This document shows positions 43,991-55,800 of a DNA stretch of 64,000 nt, in pieces; within the stretch, counting starts at the first letter, position 1; every line of letters begins with the position of its first letter. The notes under the pieces are model-generated. The model did no database searches and was not told the DNA's origin. It saw nothing but the letters and a program-made list of their open reading frames with translations. Location: positions 3,224-67,223 of the forward strand of contig CAYNQC010000002.1 of assembly GCA_964399235.1 (NCBI GenBank), in the 5' to 3' direction. Position numbers and translations under genes: made by a program. The stretch is from an uncultured Candidatus Bathyarchaeia archaeon. GTDB taxonomy: Archaea > Thermoproteota > Bathyarchaeia > Bathyarchaeales > Bathycorpusculaceae.

Positions 43991-44794
43991 ATGTACCTGT
44001 TAGGCCTGATCGAGTCAATTAGGGTGCGTCTGGATGACCAAGGTGGGGATGCAGGGACGATCCCTGCCGGGTACTATGCCTACTGGCAGTACGATGATAC
44101 GTCGTGCTTATGGAAGAACAAGGAACTGGTCGGTTATCTGAAGGCGGCATTGCTGGAGGTGGCCGGCCGGGCGCCATGGACTGCCGAGGGCACTATTGGG
44201 GATCATCTCGGGGTCCCGACTCGGCTGACGGTCAAGGCCCTCAACCCAGAGATAACCCTGCATATATCGACGCTGGCGATCGAGCAGGTAAGACTGGTGT
44301 CCTCGGGGCTCATATTGACCAAGGCAACCAGTTCTCAGTTGGAGAAGATAGGCGGTGATGAATGGGCCACCCTCACAGGGGTTCCCACTCATTACGTCGA
44401 GCCGATCCGTGGTTTGATCAGGCTGTATCCCATCCCTAGTAGCGCTGATGAGGTCAGGTTGGTGGTTCGGCGGCGGACCCTAGATGAGTTTGAGTGGACC
44501 GATGTGGCGACCGAGGAGGCCCCTTATCTGGAGTTGTCGGATATCCCTGAAGATCTGCGCGAGGCGCTGGTGGTAGGAGTATGCAAGCTCGCCTACCTGA
44601 AAAACGACGCGGATACAATAAATATCCAGTTGTCCCAGGAGTATGAGCGTCAATTCACGGCCATGGTAGGCCCCGTAGTGTCTTGGCGGCAGAAGGAAGC
44701 GCGGCGCGAAAACGCCAATCTCAATGTGCAAATACACGGCTACGGCTATACCCGGAACAAGATGCGGGTCGCCGATACCGAGGAGGATTGGTGA
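43991..44794 (+). CDS. virion protein (adaptor-like position)
   Basis: ATG 43991 (MYLLGLIESIRVRL). Confidence 0.5.
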   Translation: MYLLGLIESIRVRLDDQGGDAGTIPAGYYAYWQYDDTSCLWKNKELVGYLKAALLEVAGRAPWTAEGTIGDHLGVPTRLTVKALNPEITLHISTLAIEQVRLVSSGLILTKATSSQLEKIGGDEWATLTGVPTHYVEPIRGLIRLYPIPSSADEVRLVVRRRTLDEFEWTDVATEEAPYLELSDIPEDLREALVVGVCKLAYLKNDADTINIQLSQEYERQFTAMVGPVVSWRQKEARRENANLNVQIHGYGYTRNKMRVADTEEDW

Positions 44795-46836
44795 TGGCTA
44801 AGGTATCCGGCAAGGGCGGCCCGCGCGGGGACAAGATTCCTATCAAGGTCAGCGATGGTGAGTATGTGCTCCCGGCCGACACCACTCAGATGCTGGGCGC
44901 CCACAACCTGGACCGGTTGGTCGAACATACCCATAAGTTCGCGGATGGCGGGCTGGCCAACAGCTTTACCCGCTTCCTGGGCGCGCTGATCACCCCGAAT
45001 GTCTATGGGACCTCGGCCCCGGATATGCGCAGTCAGGCGGCTACGGCTGCCATGGGGACCCCCTTGCCTGCCCCAGTGGTGAGTGACACCCCCCAAATGG
45101 ATGAGGCCGCTAGACAGCGCACCCTGGCCGCCAGAGCCCAGCTCCGGCAGATGAATCAGGGTGCTTACCAACCCAACTACGCCGGTTACGAAGATGGCGG
45201 CAGGGTCGCTCCCCCGCTGCTTTCCAATCTGCTTCAGGCTATGATGGGCAGGCCGGCGGGCATGATGAGTCCGGTTGGGGCTGGCCTAGGCATGGCACTG
45301 CACTCAACTCCAGCCGCAGCAGGAACCACGCAGTCCGCCGGCGACCGTGCGATTGGTGAATGGTCTGGCGTCAAGCAACCAGAGCCCCAGATGTACGGCG
45401 GGTTACAGCAGGGCTACGAAGATGGCGGCCAAGCCTTCAATCTGCGGGCGATCCTTGATCGGATGCAGGGACCGTGGACCAAAGCCATAGATGCCGGCAC
45501 TCAGGCCGCTCTCATCCCACCGCCCGGATCGTCCTTCCAGGACACGTTGGCCTTCGACCGAGGGCCTCTCCAAAATGCCGTTGATACTGGATTCAGTAAC
45601 GCTGCGAATACGGTTGGGGGTGTGCTCAAGCGGGGCGCCCAACAGGACATCAACCTCATTGGTCAATTGCCCGGGGTAGCACAGGCGAGCCAGGCACTGA
45701 ATAGCTTCGTAACCAATCGAAACCCAACCCTATCCCCAATTGGTGCTGACCAGGCGGCTAGGGTTAGAGCCAATCTGGATCAGCAGAACAGGCTGTTGAC
45801 CCCGGCGGGGGCGCAAACGCTATCTACGCACGTACCCACTGGGATGGGATTTAACCCCGGGGAGATTCCATCGGGTAAGCCCGCTACTCCCGCTCCCGCC
45901 GTACCTGCGGCTGGTGTCGGCGCCTCTTTGCCTGGGGTAGTCTCCTCGATGGGCAACTATAATCGCGCCAGTCAGGACGTGAACCCCACAGAATCGTTTG
46001 CGGCGGTCCGGGGAGCTAAAGGCTTTTCCCAGATGCCCAACACCATTCCAGGGCTAATGTCCAAGAGTGCCGCCCTACCCAACGGGCAGTATCAGCGCGA
46101 CTACACTTCGCCTTGGGGCACGGCCTCTGGGGTCACCTCGGCGCCTCCTGGCAGGGGTACGCTCTCGGTGATGGATCAGGGTAATGGTGGCACCATCGAG
46201 GGCAATGTGGCCGCCCTGGATCGCCAGACTGCTGCCCTGCGCTCACTGCGCGAAGCGGCCAATCCTGGGATCACGACCGGCAACTATGGGGGTGGCGGCA
46301 TCCAGGAGCCCGAGGTCCCCTCCCTGCAAGACTCCATCTCGAGGGCTTACGGCGGGGCCAGGAATGCGGACTTCCTATTCAGGACCGACATGCAGGATAA
46401 GGGCACCAACCGGCACAGGAAGGATCAGATGATGCAGGGTATCCTGGCCGACTATCAAGGCCAATTGAAAGGCATGGATGTGCAGGGTGATCTACTCAAG
46501 AATCAGGCTACCACCAACGCCTCGATGGCCAATTGGGCTGCCCAGCGCAAGATGGATGTCGATAAGTATAGCCTCGAAGCCCAGAAGCAGGCCTACGATC
46601 GCGAGCGCAACGCCGTCAATGATCCAATCGCGAACAAGGCCAAGTTGCTGAATGCTTTGCCAGACCCCATGAAGGCTAATGCGGCACAGTATTTTGATCT
46701 CATGCAGCAGAATACTCCGCAATCCCTGGCTGCCGCTGCCAAGCTTTTGGAACAAATGAAAGCCGTATCAGGGGCAGGGTTTAAGCCGGATCCATTTGTG
46801 GAAGCAATGAATCGGACGCAGGCAAATCAGCAGTAA
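44794..46836 (+). CDS. internal virion/ejection-type protein
   Basis: ATG 44794 with AGGAGGA SD; Gly/Ala/Gln/Pro-rich low-complexity body. Confidence 0.5.
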   Translation: MAKVSGKGGPRGDKIPIKVSDGEYVLPADTTQMLGAHNLDRLVEHTHKFADGGLANSFTRFLGALITPNVYGTSAPDMRSQAATAAMGTPLPAPVVSDTPQMDEAARQRTLAARAQLRQMNQGAYQPNYAGYEDGGRVAPPLLSNLLQAMMGRPAGMMSPVGAGLGMALHSTPAAAGTTQSAGDRAIGEWSGVKQPEPQMYGGLQQGYEDGGQAFNLRAILDRMQGPWTKAIDAGTQAALIPPPGSSFQDTLAFDRGPLQNAVDTGFSNAANTVGGVLKRGAQQDINLIGQLPGVAQASQALNSFVTNRNPTLSPIGADQAARVRANLDQQNRLLTPAGAQTLSTHVPTGMGFNPGEIPSGKPATPAPAVPAAGVGASLPGVVSSMGNYNRASQDVNPTESFAAVRGAKGFSQMPNTIPGLMSKSAALPNGQYQRDYTSPWGTASGVTSAPPGRGTLSVMDQGNGGTIEGNVAALDRQTAALRSLREAANPGITTGNYGGGGIQEPEVPSLQDSISRAYGGARNADFLFRTDMQDKGTNRHRKDQMMQGILADYQGQLKGMDVQGDLLKNQATTNASMANWAAQRKMDVDKYSLEAQKQAYDRERNAVNDPIANKAKLLNALPDPMKANAAQYFDLMQQNTPQSLAAAAKLLEQMKAVSGAGFKPDPFVEAMNRTQANQQ

Positions 46837-46845
46837 GGAGAGGTG

Positions 46846-49800
46846 ATGGCTAATTGGTGGGAAACTCCGCAGCAGCCGGTTCCACTGCCGTCCGCTCAGC
46901 CGGATCTCGGCTCAATGGATTTGGCGCAACTATACAGAGAAGCTTATGGGTTCCGTGATGTGCCCCCTTCTGCTGCGCCCCTCCCCCCTGTCGCGAGCAC
47001 CGAACCAGTACCACCCCAGCCCGGGCTGCTCTCCGATGTAGGTAATCTGCTCAAGCGGGGCTATGCCAGCACCGCCGAGGGCGTCAACTGGCTGGCCGGA
47101 CAAACCCCGGGGCTCAACAATATTCCGGCCTTGGACTGGCAGGGTAACGCTGATTACTGGAAGCAGGTCGCCGATCAGACCACCCAGAAGCTCTCGCTCG
47201 CCCAGCAGGCTGCCGGTGAAAAGAAGTTCTTCAATGAAGATTACACCCCCGGGGAAGCCTGGAAAGACCCTCGTTCCTACCTGGGTGGTGCTGTCGAGTC
47301 GATTCCTGGCACTGTGGTCGGCATGGCTGCTGGTGCGCCGATCGCCGGCATTGTCAATAAGGTCGGGATGGGGCTGCTTACCCGTGGCGCTACGGCGGCG
47401 GCCGAGAAGGCCCTGGCGGGTGGGGCTGAGGCAGCGGCCGTCAAGGCGGCGGGACAGGTCACTAATAAGGCGGCTGGTCGGGTCGCGATGGGGGCTGGCG
47501 CTGTAGGCTATGGTGCTGGTGAAGGAGTTACGGCGGCGGCTACGGATGGGGCGCAGGCGCGTGATCTGGTTATGGGTCGGTCCCCCGAGGAGATGGCTGC
47601 TTCCCCGCTGTATCAGCAGTTGCTGGCAAAAGGACTACCCCCTGACCAGGCCCAGCAGCAGGTAGCCGATACGGTTGCCGAGCAGGTAGCGACTCGGGCC
47701 GGGATCTCGGTGGCCGTCATGGGCGCACCTATGGGCGCCGTCTTTGGTAAGTGGTTCCACTCTGCCGGCGGTGAAAAAATCACCAAATCTCTGCTGGGTG
47801 AGCTGGCAGTGGGTACGCTCGGAGAGGGCGCGCAGGAGTTCCCACAATCTGGTGCTGAGCAGTTTTTTCAGAACCAGGCCATCAAGCAGCATGTCGATCC
47901 CAAGCAGAAGCTCTGGGAAGGGGTGCTTAATGCATCGGTGGCGGGCTCTGTCTCGGGGGCGGTCATGGGTGGCGCCATGGGTGGCTTCCAGGGTATTGGG
48001 GCCAAGGCCGGCGCCGCCAATGCAAGAATCAATGAAGAGCTAAGCAAGGCTGCTTTTGCGAACAATCTGCAATTTGCGACGGCTGATGATCTGCATGCTG
48101 CCATGGCGCACCTGGATACGCTCGGTCAGCAGAAGGATCTGCCTAAAGAGTCAATTGATCGGGTCGCTCAGGCCCGCAGCACCATCCAGGCCGAGATGGC
48201 CCTCAGAGCCACTCCTGAGACGCTGGCACAGCCTCTGCGTGACGACCAGGGCAACGTACAGCCCAGAGCTGAATCCGCCTTCCTGGGGCTCTCAGAGCGT
48301 CCACACGGGCTTAGCGATGACCAGCTAGCCGAAGCCGCCAATCGTCCGCTAGGTGAAGATGCGCCGGCTGAATGGGGGGCCGCCCAGGATCGCTACAAAG
48401 CCGAGATCGCCCATCGGACTGCCCTCAGTAATACCGTCAAGCACTTTACCGATAACCCGGGGGCGGTTGGTGGTGTCAGCTCCAGAATACTAGATATAGT
48501 GTCTGGCAGGCCGCTTACTCCCAAAGGGTATGGGTCTACTGACTTCAACCTGGCCACCCTGTCAGATGATCTGTTGACTCGCTATCGGATGGCGGGTGAA
48601 GTGCTGTTGCGTGACCATCCTGAGACACTTGGCAAGAAGCAAACATCCAAGTTGACCGAGGCGGTAGACCAGCTCCATCAAGAGGCCGATCGCCGCGCTG
48701 CCGGCCAGCAGGGCAACCCCGAGGAGATCAAGGTTAATGAGCAGGTCACCAGCCTCGCTTCCCAGCCTGCTAAGAAATTCAGTGATACCGTTAAAACGCT
48801 CTCTGCAGAGGCGCTCACGCGCGCTGCGAAGATTATTGAGTCACGCCTCCAGCTTGAGCCCGCGCTGGCTCCAAAACTGGAAGAGATCAACGCCAGAGTC
48901 GGGGTCCTACAGGCCCAACAGGCGAGCGTTCAACAAGCAAGTGTCGCTACGCCTGCGCCTGAGAGCGTACAGGGAGCTGCACCGGTCGTTGAGGCTGTCG
49001 CTCCTGCAACCCCTGCCCCCGCGCCTGCGGCGGCTGTCCCGGAGTCTGTCGTGGCCCCGGCGCCCAGCGCCCAGGCAGCCCCAGCGGTAACTGCGCCAGC
49101 ACCATCAGCACCATCAGCGCCATCAGCGCTCGCCCTGCCTGCCCCGGCCACGCCGGTTGCAGTGGAGAGGGTAGCCGCCGGCCTGCCGGTGATCTACTCC
49201 AATAAGGACCGGATCAAAGAGGTCAAGGCCAACCCCAACTACAACGTGATCGCCCTCCCGGATGGGCGCGCCAAGGTGGTTGGTGTGCTGCATCCAAAGA
49301 CTCAACAGTGGATCGGATTTCCCCCTAATGCACCCGTACCAGCCGCGCCTAAAGCCCTACCCGCTCCCGCGCCGACCACTCCCGCTGCTCAACCCGTGGA
49401 GGCAGCTCAGCCGGCTGCGGAAGTTGCCCCGAAGGGTGGTGCTGCAAGTGCTATTCCTAGCGCTCCATCGGTCGAGCCGCCCATCGAGGCGCCAAGCGTA
49501 CCTGTCACTAAACCCAAAAAGGTAACCTCCAATGCCACTAGCATACGTCAAGATCAGAGATTCCCTAGCCAAAGGGGCCAAGAAGGACAGTCCGGCGTAC
49601 AACAAGGCTCAGAGCCGGGCGGCGGCAATTTACGTGTCCAAGGGAAAAAGCAAGTCGCAGCGAAGCAAGTTGGCGAAACAGTTACACGACAAGTAGTTTC
49701 AACGAAGGGCAAATTTGGCCTTCCTAAGTCGTCTCCAGATGGTGTCGCCGCAAACGCCAAGCTGCTTCCCCACGGCGCGAACCGACAAGCCACTCTCGTA

Positions 49801-52800
49801 AAGGGCTTTGATAGTCTCAATAGGAATCGGCAGCGTGCGGTGCTCGGCCATGTGATCAGCGTGCTTCAAGATGACGAGGTTGCACGGTCTGTTGTCAAGA
49901 CCATCCCCGTTGATGTGATGGACATGCTCACTGGAAAGGATGGGTCTTCCGAGGAGGTTTTGCATAACCCATCGATGCTCCGTAATGCTCTTATTGTCCC
50001 GCTTGATGCGTCTATACCTGCTGGTGTGAGCAGATTTATCGAGTCTATAGCCGGTAGGGCGGCATCGGCCAGCACAAGTCCTGCTGCAGTAAAAGCCAGC
50101 TTGACGAACAAGACGGCCGGCAGCGAACTTTCTGGTAAAAACGGTCCCACAAAAGTCGCAAGCAAGGGTAATGGTAGCCAAGGGGTGGGCTCCGAAAGCA
50201 GTAAGAAGCAAGAGAGTATACGCGGACAACGCCAGTCAAAACAAGCAGCCAAGTCGGTCACCCCGCTGCAAAGCACGGCCACGATGGCTAGGCATGCAGC
50301 CTACAAGACGCTTGGCATCAACTGGAATAAGACCCACGAGGTCGTCAAGCAAGATCAAGACTGGGCAGTCGTCGAGAAACCTACAGTTGCCAAAGAAGAG
50401 GGACCGCTGGCTGCCCCCAATCTTGACCTGTTTGCAGAGCCAAATCCCGACCAGTTCGATCTGTTTTCTGACGCTGAGCCCACCAACGACCCCAAGCTGC
50501 AGAAGGCCCAGGATGGGGCTAGGAAGGCGGTGGAGGCACTGCGGACTCAGCGAGGCTCGATACTTGGGAATGCGATCGCCAAGGACTTCGAGGATCACAG
50601 CATCACGTCATTGATAGGCAAGAAGATCCGGTCAGCCAAGGATTTGGCGGTGCTGGCGCAGGTCTATCGCAATCCCAGCTTTGAGACCTTCAGGTACTTC
50701 TTCACCAAAGGTAATGCTGTGGTAGCCCAAACTGCCACCACCGCTCGGCTGCCAGGCTGTACCCCAATCTTCACGGGCCACGATACGACGTGGGGAGACG
50801 GACTGGAGCAGCTCAAGCGGATGATGGCCGAGTCAGGTGCTGATGGGTATTACATCCTCCACAACCACCCCTCTGGGTCGCCAGAGCCTTCCGCAGCCGA
50901 TGTTCAGGTGACCAAGGGTCTGGCCGCCATGCTGCCCGGGTTTAAGGGTCATGTCGTTATCGATCAGACCAAGTATGGATTGATGCGCGCGAATGGCAGT
51001 CAGTTGGTGGCCGACCTTCCAGAGAAGGCACTTCAGGACGATACCCGCTATAACGTCGACCGCCAGTACACACGGCCGCATTTTGCGCTCGGTGCAAGGA
51101 TTAATTCGTCAGCAGATGTCGCGGCGACCGCCAGTGCTCTGCGGTATAACTCCGGCAGTGGGTACTTCCAATTGGTTGGGACCAACAGACATGGTGTGCG
51201 TGGCATCATGGAGGTCCCCATAGAGGCGCTCAAGGGCTACCGCCAAACAAAAACCGGAAGCTTGCGGATAGTTGCGGAGGTGAGGAGATTCGCCAGAACT
51301 ACTGGCAGTGTTGACATATTCGCTATCAACCTCCCCGGAAACATCGGTCGCATGAGCGTGCTGGGGGCGATCAAGTCAGGCCTGTTTAAAGATGTCCATT
51401 TTGCCGGGGACACCAACACCATCAGGGAAACGACGATAGTTGGTACGACGCCGGGGGCCGAAATGGGCAGAATTGGCTCTCGCGGGATCGGGGCTTCAGA
51501 AAGCCAAGCATCCCCTTATGTGGAAACCAAACTGGCCGAGTCTGAGCCGATCGTCCCCAAGGGGATGGCCGGTCTGCAAAATGCTGCCAGCATCAGCGCC
51601 ATCAACCATCTCGCCAAGGCCAGGAAGTTTGACAGCAACCTAGAGCTGAAGGATGTCATCGAGGATCGAGTAACTGCGGCGGCGGCCAGGCTGAAGGACT
51701 TCAACCTGCGGGCCAAGACCCTTGGGCAGCGCGAGAAGAGCTACCTGTCGACCCAGTTATACAACGAGATGCGCCAGGGTCTGCTGAGCGGGAGTGATGC
51801 GCTGGGATGGTATGAGGGAAAGGTGCATGGGGCCTTTGAATACCTGGCGCTCAAGCATCCCGAACTGAAGTTTCTTGACAAAGACCATGGCGGTATGGAG
51901 CAGGTTCGCAGGAATCGCTTTGCCTACACCTACATCCTGGCGATGACCTCCAACGGGACCAAGGTCGAGAAGAACGCCGAAAACGCCCAGAGACTCTACA
52001 CCAGATTCCTAGAGAATGGCCATTTGCCAACGACAGGATTTGGTAGCGGTACGGCCGCCACGAACATCGAAAAATCGGCAGAACTGTTCAATGAGCTGGC
52101 TGATCGATTTGGGATAGACCGGTTTGGTCGGATGATGATGACCCAGTTCAAGGTGATCGATCTGAGCAACGCCGGTATCAAGACCAGCGGTGAGACTTCC
52201 GATCAGGACGTGCTTGGCGCGTTGGTGTTGGGGCCGAAGCTGGGCAATGGGTTCTTTGCCAATCTGAACGGAATCTTCGATCAGCTCACCATGGATCGCT
52301 GGTTCATGCGTACCTGGGGGCGGCTGATCGGGCACCTGCGCGAGGTTTATCCGGAAAGGGTTAATACTCATCGCGCAAGTGTGCGAGATATCATAAATAA
52401 CTTAACAAATGAAGTCAGGGATGTTATAGTTGATCATCTGACCCGTCCGGGCTCCCGTCAGGCAACCAAGGATAAGGCCAAGCTACTGACGGCGGCGATG
52501 GCGCCCGGCGCGACCGATGAGGATATCGATGCCTTGGCTTGGATGGTCAAGGGGCTGACGGTTAGTGATCAGTTCAGGGACATACTAAATCCGGCCGGAA
52601 ATGGGCAGGGCAGTGAGCTGCGGCTGGCGACCAACTCCCTGACGACCAATCTGATGGGTGATATCGAGGCGCCCACTAGGACCCAGCGGCCCCAGATCCG
52701 CGAGGTGATGACCGAGGCCATCCGCCTATTGGGGGAGCATACCGGGGTCAATCTGACCGCCGCCGACGCACAGGCCCTGCTCTGGTATCCAGAGAAGCTT

Positions 52801-55800
52801 CTGTATGACAAGGCGAAGCTGGCGGCCGGTCAGGAGAAGACATATGCAGCAGATGACCTGCCCGACTATGAAAACATCGCCCGGCAGCTTGTCGCAACTT
52901 TAGGAGTGCCACAACATGAAATCGATGCAGTCACCAGCCGACTTGCCGGAGAGCGAGCAACGCCTGACGCCGGACGATCAGCAGGAGCTGTTCTACCAGG
53001 GCCTGGAGGGGAAGGACTTCAAGCAGATAGCGGCCAACTTAGATACGCTGGTTTCAACGAAGGAGAGAGGCGAGAGTTCCTCCGGCAAGAAACCCTCCGC
53101 ACTCTCCATACCGGACCTGCTTTTGGAGGGGATAATACGGGATTACCCGGGTCTTTCAAGGGAGGAAGCCCAGGCAGTCTTAGATATGAGTTAGGCGGGA
53201 CGTCTTACGACGTCGTCACCACGCAGACATTCAACCCATCTCAGCTAGTCACCCATCGGTTTGGCAGGGCTGCCATCACCCCGTTGAAGATAGCTGAGGT
53301 GGATACTGCTGATGCAAAGTCAGTAGAGGCATTCCATGCGGCTGTCGCAGATGCCAAAGCCAACACCCTATATGGGGCCGCTGTTGAGCCAAAATCGATT
53401 GCCCAGTTGAGTGGCCAGGAGGATGGCTATCAGGGCATCCGGCTGTTCATGACCAAGGATGGGAAATCGGGGTTTGCCATCAAAAAGAATGGCGATATCG
53501 TCTCCGTCTTCTCGCAGTCCAGGGAGGGGGTCCAATTCACCACCGGTAGCATGCTCATGCTGGCCATCCAAGAAGGTGGCCGCAAGCTGGATGCTTATGA
53601 CATCGGACTTCCCAGACTCTACTCCGTGCACGGGATGAAGGAAGTCGCCAGGACTCCTTTCAATGAGCAGTATGCCCCGGAAGACTGGGACTATGAAGTT
53701 TTTAAGAAATTCAACAACGGTCGTCCAGACATCGTCTTTATGGTCTTCGACCCAGATCGTGCGCACTTCGCCATCTATGGTGACGGCGCCCCCAGGGCCG
53801 CTCCAGTCCCCGAGTACGACGATGGTGTAAATATCCAGCAGGCTGCCATCGAGTCTCTGCGTGCCCAGCGTCAAACCGCCAATGCTCAAGCTGGCATAAC
53901 GCCCAGGCTCCGCTACTCCAAGTCTGCTGGTGGTGTTGGTGTTTCCATCCAAGAGGCCCGTGCTCAGCTCATTAACGCCATTGGGGCTGCGCAGGTCCAG
54001 GCTCTGGAGAAGGCTGGCCGGCTGGTGTTCCACGAGTCTGATCCCACCGGTATGGGTGGTGCTGGCTATGTGGACAGCAAGGGCGTCATTCACCTGATCC
54101 CCGCCAACATGGACTCCACAGCCCTCGACGTCGCGCTGCATGAGGCTGTGCATGTCGGCAAGGACGATCGGTTCTTTGAAGGTAGCCGCGCCCAGATCCA
54201 GCTTGCTCATGCCACGTTGAGCCTGGTGGGGCTGAAAAACTTCATCGGGGCGCCCAGCTTCAATGATCTGGCCGGGCAGGTCCGGCGGCTGGCTGCGGCA
54301 GGCAATAAAGCGGCTCAAGATGCCCTAGCGAAGGCGACCGAAGTCGATCCCACCAATGTGGACGAGGAGAGTGTCGCTTATTTATCTCAGTACGCCGATG
54401 CCAAGCTCCCCCTGGTCCGCCGTATCCTGGCCGCCATCCGCGCCGTCCTCTATCGCATGGGTGTGAAAATCGAACTGCGACCGGAGGATATTCGAGCCTT
54501 GGCGATGAGCGCCTTGAAGGCCAGGGCCTCGATGACGACCCAGACCCAGAGGGTTGCCCCAGCCTACAGTGAGCCGGGGATAGAGGTGACCGACATCTCA
54601 TGGGAAGAGTTCTCCCGCATCCGCAATGCCTATATGACCGCTCCGAAGACCTCAGAGGGCGCCTTTAAGGCCTGGTTCGGCAAAGGGGTTGAGGGTGTCA
54701 ATGCAATCAATGGCAAGCCTCTCACGCTGTACCACGCTTCTTCTGGCGGGTATACCCAGTGGGATGAGACCAAGGCCGGGCAGGCCAGCGGGCACCCCAC
54801 CAGTGGGCTCGGATTCTTCATGACGGCCGATGCTGGCGCGGCTGCCCGGTATGGCAACAATGTCCAGGAGTTCTACGTCAAGATTAGCAACCCCTACTAC
54901 TTGACCGACGCCGACCTGATGGGCCTCAACTCGGTGGATGATGCCACCAAGCTCAGGAGGCGCCTACAGTCTCAAGGTTATGACGCGGGGGTGGTAACGG
55001 CGCCGGGGGCTGCTCCCTATGTGATCGCCTTCACCAGCAACCAAGTCAAGTTCACTTCCAACACCAATCCCACTGCCAGCCCTGACTTCCGCTATTCGCT
55101 GACAGGTAGGCCTGTCGCCACCGGTCTGACCGGCGATCGCATCCTGGACGAGTTCAACCGCAAGGCCGGCATGTCCGAGCGGGAGAGCACCATCCAAGCC
55201 GTGCAGCGGGTGATGAAGAATCCCGCCCAACGGCAGACCGTCATCCAGAGCATGATCAACCGCTTCATCGAGGGGACCTTCGACGAGACCCATCAGGGCA
55301 AGCTGCACGAGCTGGCGCAGGGCATCGATATTTCCGACCCCTCGGTGAGTGGTAATGCCGCGCAGCGCCTGTCCACGGGCTGGGCCGACACCCTCTACCA
55401 CATCCTGGTCCATGGTGCCCCCATGTGGCGGAATGGAGTCGTGGCCAGGAAGACCATGAAGGGTCTGTTCGATATCCTCAGTCCGGTCTCCGACCCCGAG
55501 CTGATGCGTGAGTGGCTGGGCTGGAGAGCGGCTACTCGTGCTGACCGACTGCTCCGTGAGCGGAATCCCGATGGGACCCCCAAAGAGAAAAACTTCACCC
55601 GGGCCGAGGTAGACCATGTCCTCAATCGTATCAACGCGGACCCCGCCAAGCTCGCAATGTTCGAGTCTGTGGGTGTGGAGTTTAATCAGTTTGAGAGCGA
55701 CATGCTGGACTTGGCCGTGGGGGCTGGACTTGTCGATGCAAGGCTGGCCGCTCAGTGGAAAGCACACGAAGACTATCTGCCCTTCTTCCGTGAAGTAGAG

